A stretch of DNA of 63,985 nt, counting the filler, from Octopus bimaculoides (taxonomy: Eukaryota): NCBI RefSeq assembly GCF_001194135.2. It is 7 parts of 7 records of this genome, joined end to end, with 100 filler letters (N's around TTAATTAATTAA, not from the genome) between each part and the next. Parts side by side here need not be neighbours in the genome. Positions count along the whole stretch, not along the records: positions 15,916 to 40,852 come from NC_068983.1; positions 40,953 to 50,115 come from NC_068996.1; positions 50,216 to 55,489 come from NC_068997.1; 4 more parts are not named here. One strand, given 5' to 3'. Within the stretch, counting starts at the first letter, position 1; every line of letters begins with the position of its first letter. The position numbers were made by a program, and so were the translations under genes. Below are positions 40,318-50,660 of the stretch, piece by piece. The notes beneath the pieces were generated by a model. That model had not been told where the DNA came from and made no database searches. It saw only the letters and a program-made list of their open reading frames with translations.

Positions 40318-40798
40318 ACATGGTCTGGTTTTCACTTTTTTTATTATGGTATTTTAACAAAATTTGTGCTTTCATACATAGTGTACTCATCAATGTTCGC
40401 CAAATTCCATTGAGCGACATATATAGACATGTGGTCAGAAAATTTTTCCTCTCCACAAACTACATGACACAAGTTGGGAGGTTGGGAGAAAGTGACACAA
40501 GTGAGGTTGAACGGAAATAACAGCAATAATGTAACGACCAGTTAATGATGTGGATTAATAAATATAAACGAGTTACAGAATATCGGAACGCCTGAAAAAC
40601 CGTGATGTTTAAGGGCATGCGGATTTATCAAAAAGGTATTCAAAAAATTCAGCTGGTTAGAGTGTTCTAAGAGGTACTAAAGTTGTCAAGAACTCAACTG
40701 TCAGTTAAACACAATTGATATTTGATGAGTACACTATGTATGAAAGCACTAATTTTGTTAAAATACCATAATAAAAAACGTGAATATCAGACTGTTGT
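40318..40798. mobile_element. MITE-like element with about 75-bp terminal inverted repeats
   Basis: 40337-40393 vs reverse complement of 40722-40778 match at 56/57; weaker match extends about 18 bp outward; non-coding spacer of about 330 bp. Confidence 0.8.
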
Positions 40799-40810
40799 AA
40801 TTCTATTCAA

Positions 40811-40852
<42 letters not shown>

Positions 40853-40896
40853 NNNNNNNNNNNNNNNNNNNNNNNNNNNNNNNNNNNNNNNNNNNN

Positions 40897-40908
40897 TTAA
40901 TTAATTAA
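40897..40908. other. Artificial scaffold linker TTAATTAATTAA
   Basis: Same linker within N runs. Confidence 0.95.
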
Positions 40909-41407
40909 NNNNNNNNNNNNNNNNNNNNNNNNNNNNNNNNNNNNNNNNNNNNATATACATATATATACATATATAGCTGAGGTGTGTTCTGTTAAGAATG
41001 TATAAGAGTACAAATAGAGCTCGTTCGCCCTTAGAATTCCCAAAAAGCTGGTAGTATTCTTATGGTATGCTACCAATTCTAGTCTTAGGTATTCCTCGTG
41101 TGTGAAATAAAAAGTAAAAAGTGAAAGAGTCAGCGTTTATTAGTTTCAAAGAAGAAGCCATGGATGTTGTAGCAAGGAAATCTAGATTTACTTATGAAGA
41201 CAGCAGCTAAGTATTGCCTGAGGAGATACATATAGATCTTCTTATACAGGTAAATCATAACATTAATTTAATTTAAACTCAACCTTAAATCTTGTATATA
41301 CGAGGATCTGTATTTATCGAAACATTTGTAGTGATTAAAAAGCCGTCTAACTGTACTTACTCTTCCTTTTGACTCTTTTACTTTTTACTTGATATATATA
41401 TATTTGA

Positions 41408-41722
41408 AGACACATGGCTCAGTGGTTAGAGTATCGAACTTACGACCGTGAGGCTGTGAGTTTGAATCCTGGACCGGGCTGCGTGTTGTGTTCTTGAGCA
41501 AGACACTTTATTTCACATTGCTCCAGTTTACTCAGCTCTAGAAATGAGTTGCAACATCACATGTGCCAAGCTGTATCGGCCCCTTTGCCTTTCCCTTGGA
41601 TAACACCAGTGGTGTGGAGAGGGGAGGCTGGTATGCATGGGTGACTGCTGGTCTTCCATAAACAACCTTGCCCGGACTTGTGCCTCGGAGGGTAACTTTC
41701 TAGGTGCAATCCCATGGTCAAT
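41408..41722 (+). mobile_element. tRNA-headed SINE family C
   Basis: ACATGGCTCAGTGGTTAGAGT...GTGAGTTTGAATCC...TTCTTGAGCAAGACACTTTATTTCAC...; truncated at N gap. Confidence 0.85.
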
Positions 41723-41733
41723 CNNNNNNNNNN

Positions 41734-41761
<28 letters not shown>

Positions 41762-41766
<5 letters not shown>

Positions 41767-41915
41767 CGGGCTTCTTTCAGTTTCCGTCTACCAAATCCAC
41801 TCGCAAAGCTTTGGTCAGCCCGAGGCTATAGTAGAAGACACTTGCCCAAGGTGCCACACAGTGCGACTGAACCTGGAACCATGTGGTTGGTAAGCAAGCT
41901 ACTTACCACACTCCA
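41762..41915 (-). mobile_element. SINE family A 5' module (tRNA-like head plus CORE-like box)
   Basis: Minus strand GTGTGGTAAGTAGCTTGCTTACCAACCACATGGTTCCAGGTTCAGTC...GGCACCTTGGGCAAGTGTCTTCTAC; ACCTTGGGCAAGT recalls the CORE-SINE domain. Confidence 0.8.
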
Positions 41916-42474
41916 TTCGTTCCTGTTTTCTAAGTCAACTAGAAGCAAACATTTACTGTCCATTCCTATTTCCAGTCAACACCCATCTACTACACTGTTA
42001 CCTAAGTTTTAATCATTTTACTTGATTCTACCTAAAACGTTAACCACATAACCACTCACTTAAAACATCTCGATGCTCCCATTCCAGCAACATACACATG
42101 TTGCAAAATCTAGGCAATCGTCCAACCAACTAATATAGTAATTCCACTGTATCAACAGCCCAACACACAAGTGACTTCAATAGTTCTCAACCCCAACCAA
42201 TCATCAAGAACTAGTACATCTATTTACAACAACAATTACACTCACTTACAACAACAATTACCCTTCTTTCTCCAAAGACAAGTCCCCTCCTTATAAATAC
42301 AACTCAAGGCTTACAAAAAATTCATGCAACTGAAGGATTACAAAGAGAAACTATCGGCTGCTGGGATATATTGATCTTTTCTTTTTCCAATTCCTGAAAA
42401 ACTGTTTGCGTTTTCTTTGTGGCATTTATATAAAGTTCTCAAACACATTTGTTGTATTTTTTTTACCTTTTCTA

Positions 42475-42680
42475 AATCTTTTTACTTGTTCCAGTCATTA
42501 GACTTCGGTCATGCTGGGGCACTGCCTTAAATGTTGTTAGTCGAATGAATGAATTGACCCCAGTACTTCTATTTTTTAAGGCCTGGTACTTATTCTATCA
42601 GTCTTTTTTTTTTTGCTGAACTGCTAGTTTACAGGGATGCAAACAAACCAACACCGGTTGACAGAACAAACACGGACACA
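42475..42680 (-). mobile_element. SINE family A 3' module variant
   Basis: TTTTACTTGTTCCAGTCATTAGACTTCGGTCATGCTGGGGCACTGCC...CAAACAAACCAACACCGGTTG. Confidence 0.7.
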
Positions 42681-42694
42681 AAGCCACATGTATA

Positions 42695-43408
42695 TTCTAT
42701 TCTTTTACTTGTTTCAGTCATTTGACTGTGGCCATGCTGCAGCACCACCTTTAGTCAAACAAATTACCCCCAGGACTTATTCTTTGTAAGCCGAGTACTT
42801 ATCCTATTGGTCTCTTATACTGAACTGCTAAGTTACAGGAATGTAAACACACCAACGTTGGTTGTTAAGCGATGGTGAGGGGACAAATACAGACACAAAC
42901 ATATACATATATAAATATATATCATCATCATTATTGAACGTCAGTTCTCCATTCTGGCATGGGTAGGACAGTTTCACTGGGGACTGGAAAGCCAGGAGGC
43001 CACACCAGGCTCCAATCCAATCTGGCAATGTTTCTACAGCTGGATGCCCTTCCTAACGCCAGCCGCTCTGAGAGTGTAATGGGTGCTTTTTACATGCCAC
43101 CGGCATGGGAGCCAGTCAGGTGGCACTGGCAATGGCCACGTTTGGATGGTGCTTTTACATGCTACCAGCACAGAAGTCAGTCAGGGCAGGGAGGCTGGTA
43201 TCGACCATGTTCAGATGGTGCTTTTTACGTGCCACCAGCATGGGGAGCCAGTCAGGTGGCACTGGCAATGACCCATGCATGCATGGTGTTTATAGCGTGC
43301 CACCAGCACAGGAGCCAGTCAGGCGGCACTGGCATTGGCCACAACAACAATTCCATTTGATTGTGATTTGATTTTTGATTTTGATTTTGATTTTATATAT
43401 AGTCACCC

Positions 43409-43501
<93 letters not shown>

Positions 43502-43660
43502 GCTTCTTTCAGTTTCTGCATACCAAATCCACTCACAAGGTTTTGGTAGGTCCGAGGCTATAGCAGAAGACACCTGCCCAAGATTCCACGCAGTGGGACT
43601 GAACAAGGAGCCATGTGGTTGGGAAGCAAGCTTCTTAACACACAGCAACTCCTGCACCTA
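42695..43660 (-). mobile_element. SINE family A split around an internal Meta-like element
   Basis: 5' module 43495-43660, (TA)n, intervening Meta-like unit, 3' module 42695-42905. Confidence 0.7.
42920..43345 (-). mobile_element. Meta-domain-like SINE (family M) with four tandem 66-69 bp units
   Basis: Minus strand GGCTGGCGTTAGGAAGGGCATCCAGCTGTAGAAA (Meta-like), (GAT)n tail; units start at 43082, 43148, 43217, 43285. Confidence 0.7.
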
Positions 43661-43708
43661 TATATATATATATATATATATATAGATCCTTACCACACAG
43701 TTACACCA

Positions 43709-43810
43709 ATCTGTATAACAAAGAGATAAGATTCATTCATGCATGTAGATAACTTACCTATCTGTATAACAAAGAGAAAAGATTCATTCATGCACGAAGA
43801 TAACTTACCT
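43709..43810. repeat. 2 x 51-bp tandem duplication
   Basis: ATCTGTATAACAAAGAGA(T/A)AAGATTCATTCATGCA...GATAACTTACCT at 43709 and 43760. Confidence 0.9.
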
Positions 43811-44039
43811 GTTGAACCAAGTATCAGTATATCTTGGGTATGGGAATGGATCATGACTGCTAAAATCAAAACTTGCATCCGCGTTCTGAAAATTAACCAA
43901 AACACAACATAAGATGTGTAACATTTATCACAAAAACCATTTCACAGATATATATCCTTGGTCATCAATATATATATATATATATATCAATAATAATAAT
44001 ACAGAATATTACAAAATAGCAAAGCATTACCTTTAATTC

Positions 44040-44079
<40 letters not shown>

Positions 44080-44564
44080 CTTCAAATAGACCTACACATG
44101 TTTCTGTTACACTGATTAGTAACCATTGCAATTACAATCATACTATAGTACCAGTGCGGTTTCTTACATATATATATGTATATATATATATACATACTCT
44201 ATGAACAACCATTTTCTATAAATTAATAATTTATTTTCTGTACATGTTTATATTTTCAACAGTGAAACAATTCCATTTGGAACAATGGACCTCAAAATAC
44301 ACATAAAGCTATGAATCATAACATGTAAATATTGAGGTGAAAATTCCTTTTCGAAAGAACAAGCCAAAGGCTTAATTGGTTTTACAACACAATATCTACA
44401 TGCTGTTATCTATAGCTTTATGTGTTTCCAGATCCACTGTTACAGAGAAGAATTATTTCATGCTCTCTCCCATGGTTATAAAGTTTTTGCAGCATTAATG
44501 TGGAACAGTCCAATTAAAGTTATATGTACATGTGTGTGTGTGTGTGTGTGTGTATCATCATCAT

Positions 44565-44775
44565 CATCATTGTTTAATGTCTGCTTTCCATGCTGGCATG
44601 GGTTTGGCAAGCTCATAGGCTGCACCAGGCTCCAATCTGATTTGGCAGAATTTCTACAGTTGGATGCCCTTCCTAACACCAATCACTCCAAGAGTGTAGT
44701 AGGTACCTTTTACATGCCACCGGTATGGGAGCCAGTCAGGGGGTACTGGCATTGACTACGTTCAGATGGTGTGTT
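44565..44775 (-). mobile_element. Family M (Meta-like) SINE
   Basis: CATCATCAT tail, TTTCTACAGTTGGATGCCCTTCCTAACACCAATC, one 66-bp unit. Confidence 0.75.
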
Positions 44776-44832
44776 TTACTTATGTATTTATGAATGTATG
44801 TATGTATGTATGTATGTATGTATGTATGTATG

Positions 44833-44869
<37 letters not shown>

Positions 44870-44943
44870 AAAAAATGAATAGAAATGGCTTTTCTGATAA
44901 TTTTCCACTTAAATAATTACATGTTTATAAGTTATTAGGTGTT

Positions 44944-44980
<37 letters not shown>

Positions 44981-45931
44981 CTAATGTTGTGAAATTAAAA
45001 ATGGAGATTTTGAATATAAAAACTTCATTTCAAAGTGCTGCAATTNNNNNNNNNNNNNNNNNNNNNNNNNNNNNNNNNNNNNNNNNNNNNNNNNNNNNNN
45101 NNNNNNNNNNNNNNNNNNNNNNNNNNNNNNNNNNNNNNNNNNNNNNNNNNNNNNNNNNNNNNNNNNNNNNNNNNNNNNNNNNNNNNNNNNNNNNNNNNNN
45201 NNNNNNNNNNNNNNNNNNNNNNNNNNNNNNNNNNNNNNNNNNNNNNNNNNNNNNNNNNNNNNNNNNNNNNNNNNNNNNNNNNNNNNNNNNNNNNNNNNNN
45301 NNNNNNNNNNNNNNNNNNNNNNNNNNNNNNNNNNNNNNNNNNNNNNNNNNNNNNNNNNNNNNNNNNNNNNNNNNNNNNNNNNNNNNNNNNNNNNNNNNNN
45401 NNNNNNNNNNNNNNNNNNNNNNNNNNNNNNNNNNNNNNNNNNNNNNNNNNNNNNNNNNNNNNNNNNNNNNNNNNNNNNNNNNNNNNNNNNNNNNNNNNNN
45501 NNNNNNNNNNNNNNNNNNNNNNNNNNNNNNNNNNNNNNNNNNNNNNNNNNNNNNNNNNNNNNNNNNNNNNNNNNNNNNNNNNNNNNNNNNNNNNNNNNNN
45601 NNNNNNNNNNNNNNNNNNNNNNNNNNNNNNNNNNNNNNNNNNNNNNNNNNNNNNNNNNNNNNNNNNNNNNNNNNNNNNNNNNNNNNNNNNNNNNNNNNNN
45701 NNNNNNNNNNNNNNNNNNNNNNNNNNNNNNNNNNNNNNNNNNNNNNNNNNNNATATATATATCATCATAAATATAAGGGATTACCAATTGAGTTGCTTCT
45801 CAATTGCTAATCCCTTATATTTATGATGATAAATGGTCTTACCGATAAAGGTTTTTTTCATACTGAACTACTTGGCAAAATTGTTAATTATTAATTCTAT
45901 TATTAATTGACGATTCCCTGCCCTCATTTCT

Positions 45932-45973
<42 letters not shown>

Positions 45974-46164
45974 TTCATACATGTCCGCAACAGCTGAAGC
46001 ATAACAGTGAGTATTAAAACTCAGAGTTTGAATTTAAGTGCATGACTGTATATATGTATATACATACATATATGTGTGTGTATAGATTCATGTGTGTATA
46101 TATATATATGTATGTGTGTGCATGTATGTATATATATATATATATACACATACATATATAAAAG

Positions 46165-46380
46165 CAACCATGCAGTACCACATAAAAGTGCCTCTGCAGT
46201 GCCATGTAAAAGTACCCATCATACTCTGTAAAGTGGTTGGTGTTAGGAAAAGCATTTAGCCATAGAAAACCATGCTAAATCCGACTGGAATCTGGTGCGG
46301 CCTTCCAGCTTGCCAGCCCTGGTCAAACTGTCCAACCCATACCAGCATGGACAACAGACATTAAAGGATGATAATGATAT
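46165..46380 (+). mobile_element. Family M (Meta-like) SINE
   Basis: GTGGTTGGTGTTAGGAAAAGCATTTAGCCATAGAAAA...CATTAAAGGATGATAATGAT. Confidence 0.7.
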
Positions 46381-46408
46381 ATATATATATATATATATAT
46401 ATATCATT

Positions 46409-46773
46409 GCAGGTGTGGCTGTGTGGTAAGTAGCTTGCTTACCAACCACATGGTTCCAGGTTCAGTTCCACTATGTGCCACCTGGGGCAAGTGTCTTCTG
46501 CTATAGCTTTAGGCCGACCAAAGCCTTGTGATTGGATTTGGTAGACAGAAACAGAAAGAAGCTCATCGTATATATGTGTGTGTGTTTGTGTGCCCGTGTT
46601 TGCCCCCCCCCCACCATTAAATGCCCCAACCACCCTGTAACTTAATGGTTTGGCAAAAGAGACCAATAGAATAAGTACTAAGCTTACAAAGAATAAATCC
46701 TGGGGTCAATTTGCTCAACTAAAGGTAGTGCTCCAGCATAGCCACAGTCAAATGACTGAAACCAGTAAAAGAG
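46409..46773 (+). mobile_element. Full-length SINE family A
   Basis: tRNA-like head GCAGGTGTGGCTGTGTGGTAAG, CORE-like CACCTGGGGCAAGTGTC, short internal TA/TG tract, 3' module ending GACTGAAACCAGTAAAAGAG. Confidence 0.85.
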
Positions 46774-47299
46774 TACAAAAAAAAGAGAATATATGATGAT
46801 GATTATTATTATTCATCATATATATATATATATATATATATTATGTCAGATACATAAGGTGTTTGTTTTAGTAAGTTGAGGATTTTGTTTAATTTTATAT
46901 ATTTGTACTATGCTATATTGATGATCGGAAGTTAGGTATTATTCTAATAATCGTGAAATTGTTCAATATATAGTTGAGTTCGTTTTTAAAAGGTTGGTTT
47001 TTTTTACGAGTTGCTTTTCCTCGCATTCGGTAAAAATGTGTTTATAATGGAAGTCTAGTGTGTGGCATTATTCTCTAGTAATGCCCTTATACAAATATAA
47101 GTAAATAAATATATTCTTGGGAATAAGAAATGATGGGTTTTTTTCCCTTATGAGATTTTTCACGCTAGCTTCTTGATAAAATTCTTGTAAAAGATTTTAT
47201 CCTATTATTGTATTATTTATTATATATATATTAATATTTATATATATATATATTATTTATATATATATATGATGGACTCACCCATAAAACATAACATAT

Positions 47300-47530
47300 G
47301 AGCGTTCAGCTTTTTGCTGAATGACCAGTACAGATGGCTTGTTTATAGTGATCAAATGTTCTTGCTGCACATTAGCTCACTCTCTCTCCATCAGATCAAC
47401 ATTGTCTGAACTGGTGCAGAGATGCACCATGCATTTATTATCACCAATTCCTTGCTCTGAATGTTGATGGTTTTAATGAATGCTTCTTTCATCCTCCACC
47501 AGGGCCCTATATTCCTCTACAAAATATGAG
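47300..47530 (-). mobile_element. 3' body of a family C variant
   Basis: 47,300-47,410 is the reverse complement of about 49,530-49,640 (TTCAGACAATGTTGAT...GGAGAGAGTGAG...TTCAGCAAAAGCTGAA). Confidence 0.6.
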
Positions 47531-47639
47531 ACACTTTCTGAAGTGATTATATTTATTTATTATATTTATTTATTTATTATTCGTCACTGCAAAAAGGATA
47601 TATGTATTAGCATCGGGAGTCCTTCGCATCGAAGATCAG

Positions 47640-47696
47640 TGATTGTCGTATGCTGACGAAGGGTAAATACCCAGAAACCCAGGTCTGTGCGTATCA
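47640..47696 (+). ncRNA. Candidate type I minimal hammerhead ribozyme (probably mutated)
   Basis: CUGACGA 47653-59; stem II GGGU-AAAU-ACCC 47661-72; GAAA 47674-77; stem III AC-CCAG-GU; GUC triplet 47683-85; stem I CGUAUG/UGUGCG plus UGAU/AUCA; unpaired A at 47660 and 47673. Confidence 0.6.
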
Positions 47697-48997
47697 TGTC
47701 AGATCGACGATGGGAAAGATGACTTCCCTTTGCAAATACCGACAGGGCACAGAAAGTGTGTCAATAACCAGCTGGAGGAGATGTTCTCCTGGGGCTACAA
47801 GCTACAGTAGTATTCGCCCTAAGGGGTTAGCCACATTTAAGTGGCAAATATACTTCACGTTGTCGTGCTGTAACTAGTTATACCTCGTTCAGAGATTCAT
47901 TATTGCTATATTTATCTAGTTATTTATTTGCCTAAGAGTGACTATGTCCAACTCATTTCTTCACCAGAAACAACTCCAGATAAATAAAAACAAATCACAC
48001 AAAATACAGTGCCCCAACATGGCCACTGCCTCTAACTGGAATCAGTAGAAATAATGAAAATGTCGATGAGCTACAAGTGCACTACAGAGAACTATTTTTG
48101 AGCTGCCTGTTTTCAGTTGATGGTGTTCATATATCATATCATTCAGATAACAGCCTTTCTTTTTTATTCCTAACAGAGCTAAAATGAGCTGCAAAACACC
48201 AGGAAATTATTTGAATTCCAGCATTTTGAAACTTCAGTTGTTGTTTTATATGAAGCAGAACTTTCTTCTGAATATTATAACATGAAAGGCAAGTGCTTAT
48301 CAACAAGCTAAATCCTACAGCAACAGAGGAAAGTCATGTTTTTGTGTAGTTTTCTGTTAATAACTTTCAGCTTCAAAACACATCCAATTCCTGTATTCCA
48401 AAAGTATACTTGGATGAAGAAATTGAAAACCAAAATTTTGATTATATATATGCAAAAGAGAGAAAAAAATGGAGAATAATCAGAGTTTTGATTTCACAGA
48501 GGGCTGGAGATATACAAAGCTGAGTACTTTTCTGTATGGTTGTAAGATTTGGACCCTGTGTCACCAATACATGGAGATATACATAATTATTTCATATCTG
48601 GTTTCTCTCATGTATTTTTGATCTAACATGGAGGTATAACATTCTGTTGACAAATAAGTGAATATGGCAACTTTTGAAAAATTCATATTGGAACATGATT
48701 ACTGCTTGAGAGAGACGCACACACCCATACATACATGGACATATTTGTCTAAGAATCCAAAAGTCAGAAAAAATTTGCCTTCACATGTTTGTCATTAGAG
48801 AGATATCTGCCATCTCTGAAGAGCATACAGTATTACATAACTACTATGTTATGTAATATCCAATTATTTGATAATTAGAACAAAAGTGATTGGTGAGATT
48901 GACTGAAATGGATCTCTAATACTATACACTTTGATTAATATGAGTTGAGGGAGCATGGCTTAGTGGTTAGGGTGTTGCACTCACAATTGCTAGATCA

Positions 48998-49440
48998 CCA
49001 TCATCATCATCACTGTTTATGTCTGCTTTCCATGCTGGTATGGGTTGGATGGTTTGGCCGAAAACTGGTAGGCCGGGATTCTACACCAGATTCCAATCTG
49101 ATTTGGCAAGGTTTCTTATTTCTTTATTGCCCACAAGGGGCTAAACATAGAGGGGACAAACAAGGACAGACAAATGGATTGAGTCGATAACATCGACCCC
49201 AGTGTGTAACTGGTACTTAATTTATCGATCCCCAAAAGGATGAAAGGCAAAGTTGAGCTTGGCGGAATTTGAACTCAGAACACAATGGCAGACAAAATAC
49301 CGCTAAGCATTTCGCCCAGCGTGCAAACGTTTCGGCCAGCTCGCTGCCTTTAATTTGGCAAGGTTTCTACAGTTGGATGCCCTTCCTAATGCCAACCACT
49401 CCGAGAGTGTAGTGGGTGCTTTCTATATGTCACCAGCATG
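48998..49440 (-). mobile_element. Family M SINE split by a family N SINE
   Basis: CATCAT tail at 48998; body resumes TTTCTACAGTTGGATGCCCTTCCTAATGCCAACC after the insert. Confidence 0.75.
49117..49352 (-). mobile_element. Full-length family N SINE with 16-bp target-site duplication
   Basis: ATTTGGCAAGGTTTCT at 49101-49116 and 49353-49368 flanks a 236-bp insert with head GGCAGCGAGCTGGCCGAAACG and CCTTTCATCCTTTTGGGGATCGATAAATTAAGTACCAG. Confidence 0.85.
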
Positions 49441-50048
49441 AGTGGTGCATTGTGTTCTTGAGCAAAACACTTCATTTCAGGTTACTCAGCAGTCACTTTG
49501 ACACCTGATACGTAGTGCACAGTAAACCTATTCAGACAATGTTGATTTCATGGAGAGAGTGAGTCAATGTGTGGCAAGAACATTTGATTCTTATAAACAA
49601 ATCATTTGTGCAGGTCGTTCAGCAAAAGCTGAATGCTCATTTGTCCTCTTCAACAGGAGAATCCATCATATATATATATGAGTAAAACAACATAAAGATA
49701 CAGAAGAACATGTGGTTATCACAGTAAGCTACTCATTCAGAATCGGCTATCAGTGTACATAGTAACCATTCGAAATGCAATGTAATCTAATATACCCACT
49801 CAGCAAGTTGAATCATAGATGTAAACATGATGTCCCAGTGATTTGGTGACGTAACTTTCTTTATTTACATTTATAATTGTATAATACTGAGTATATATTT
49901 TGATGCAGAACATGTATGTATAATTTTGCATACTGAAGTTAATACTGCATGTCAGAGGTTACAAAGAGGGTGTTATTATATGAAAGTCCTATGAGAAAAT
50001 TAATGTCCACATCTCAATACCTGACTTTTATGCTACATACACACACAC

Positions 50049-50079
<31 letters not shown>

Positions 50080-50159
50080 CATGTATGAATATATATATAT
50101 ATATATATATATATANNNNNNNNNNNNNNNNNNNNNNNNNNNNNNNNNNNNNNNNNNNN

Positions 50160-50171
50160 TTAATTAATTAA
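50160..50171. other. Artificial scaffold linker TTAATTAATTAA
   Basis: Same linker within N runs. Confidence 0.95.
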
Positions 50172-50618
50172 NNNNNNNNNNNNNNNNNNNNNNNNNNNNN
50201 NNNNNNNNNNNNNNNTATATTTATATGTATGTGTACAAGGGAGTTTATGTGTAAGTGAATGTGTTTATATGTATACGCGACCGCGCGCGTGTGTGTGTGT
50301 GTATAATTTTGTATGTGCGTATATGTATACTTTGAAATATTTTTGGCGCATAGTACAAAACACTTGTTTGTTGTGCGCATGCTCGACTTTCACCTATCAG
50401 CTGGAATCTATTACACTTTTTCCCATGAATCTTTGGGAATAATGCTCGAGTGACTTTGGCAACAGCAGGGGATTGGAACATATCTAAACTCTTGAAGGAA
50501 TTCAAGCGGAACAACCACTATGTAGCCAGTAGGACTAGTTCTTGTTAATTATTTGGTAAATTATATGAAAATATGTGTGTATATGTGTATACGTGTGTAT
50601 TGTGTGTGTGTCTGTGAG

Positions 50619-50660
<42 letters not shown>

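Larger units (their letters stand above)
48945..49665 (+). mobile_element. Family C variant SINE interrupted by nested insertions
   Basis: Head GCATGGCTTAGTGGTTAGGGTGTTGCACTC 48945-48995 resumes at about 49440 with TGTGTTCTTGAGCAAAACACTTCATTTCA. Confidence 0.65.

Noticed and set aside
43082-43345. CRISPR-like appearance of the 66-69 bp array
   Set aside because: Eukaryotic context, whole units are homologous with no unique spacers, no cas genes
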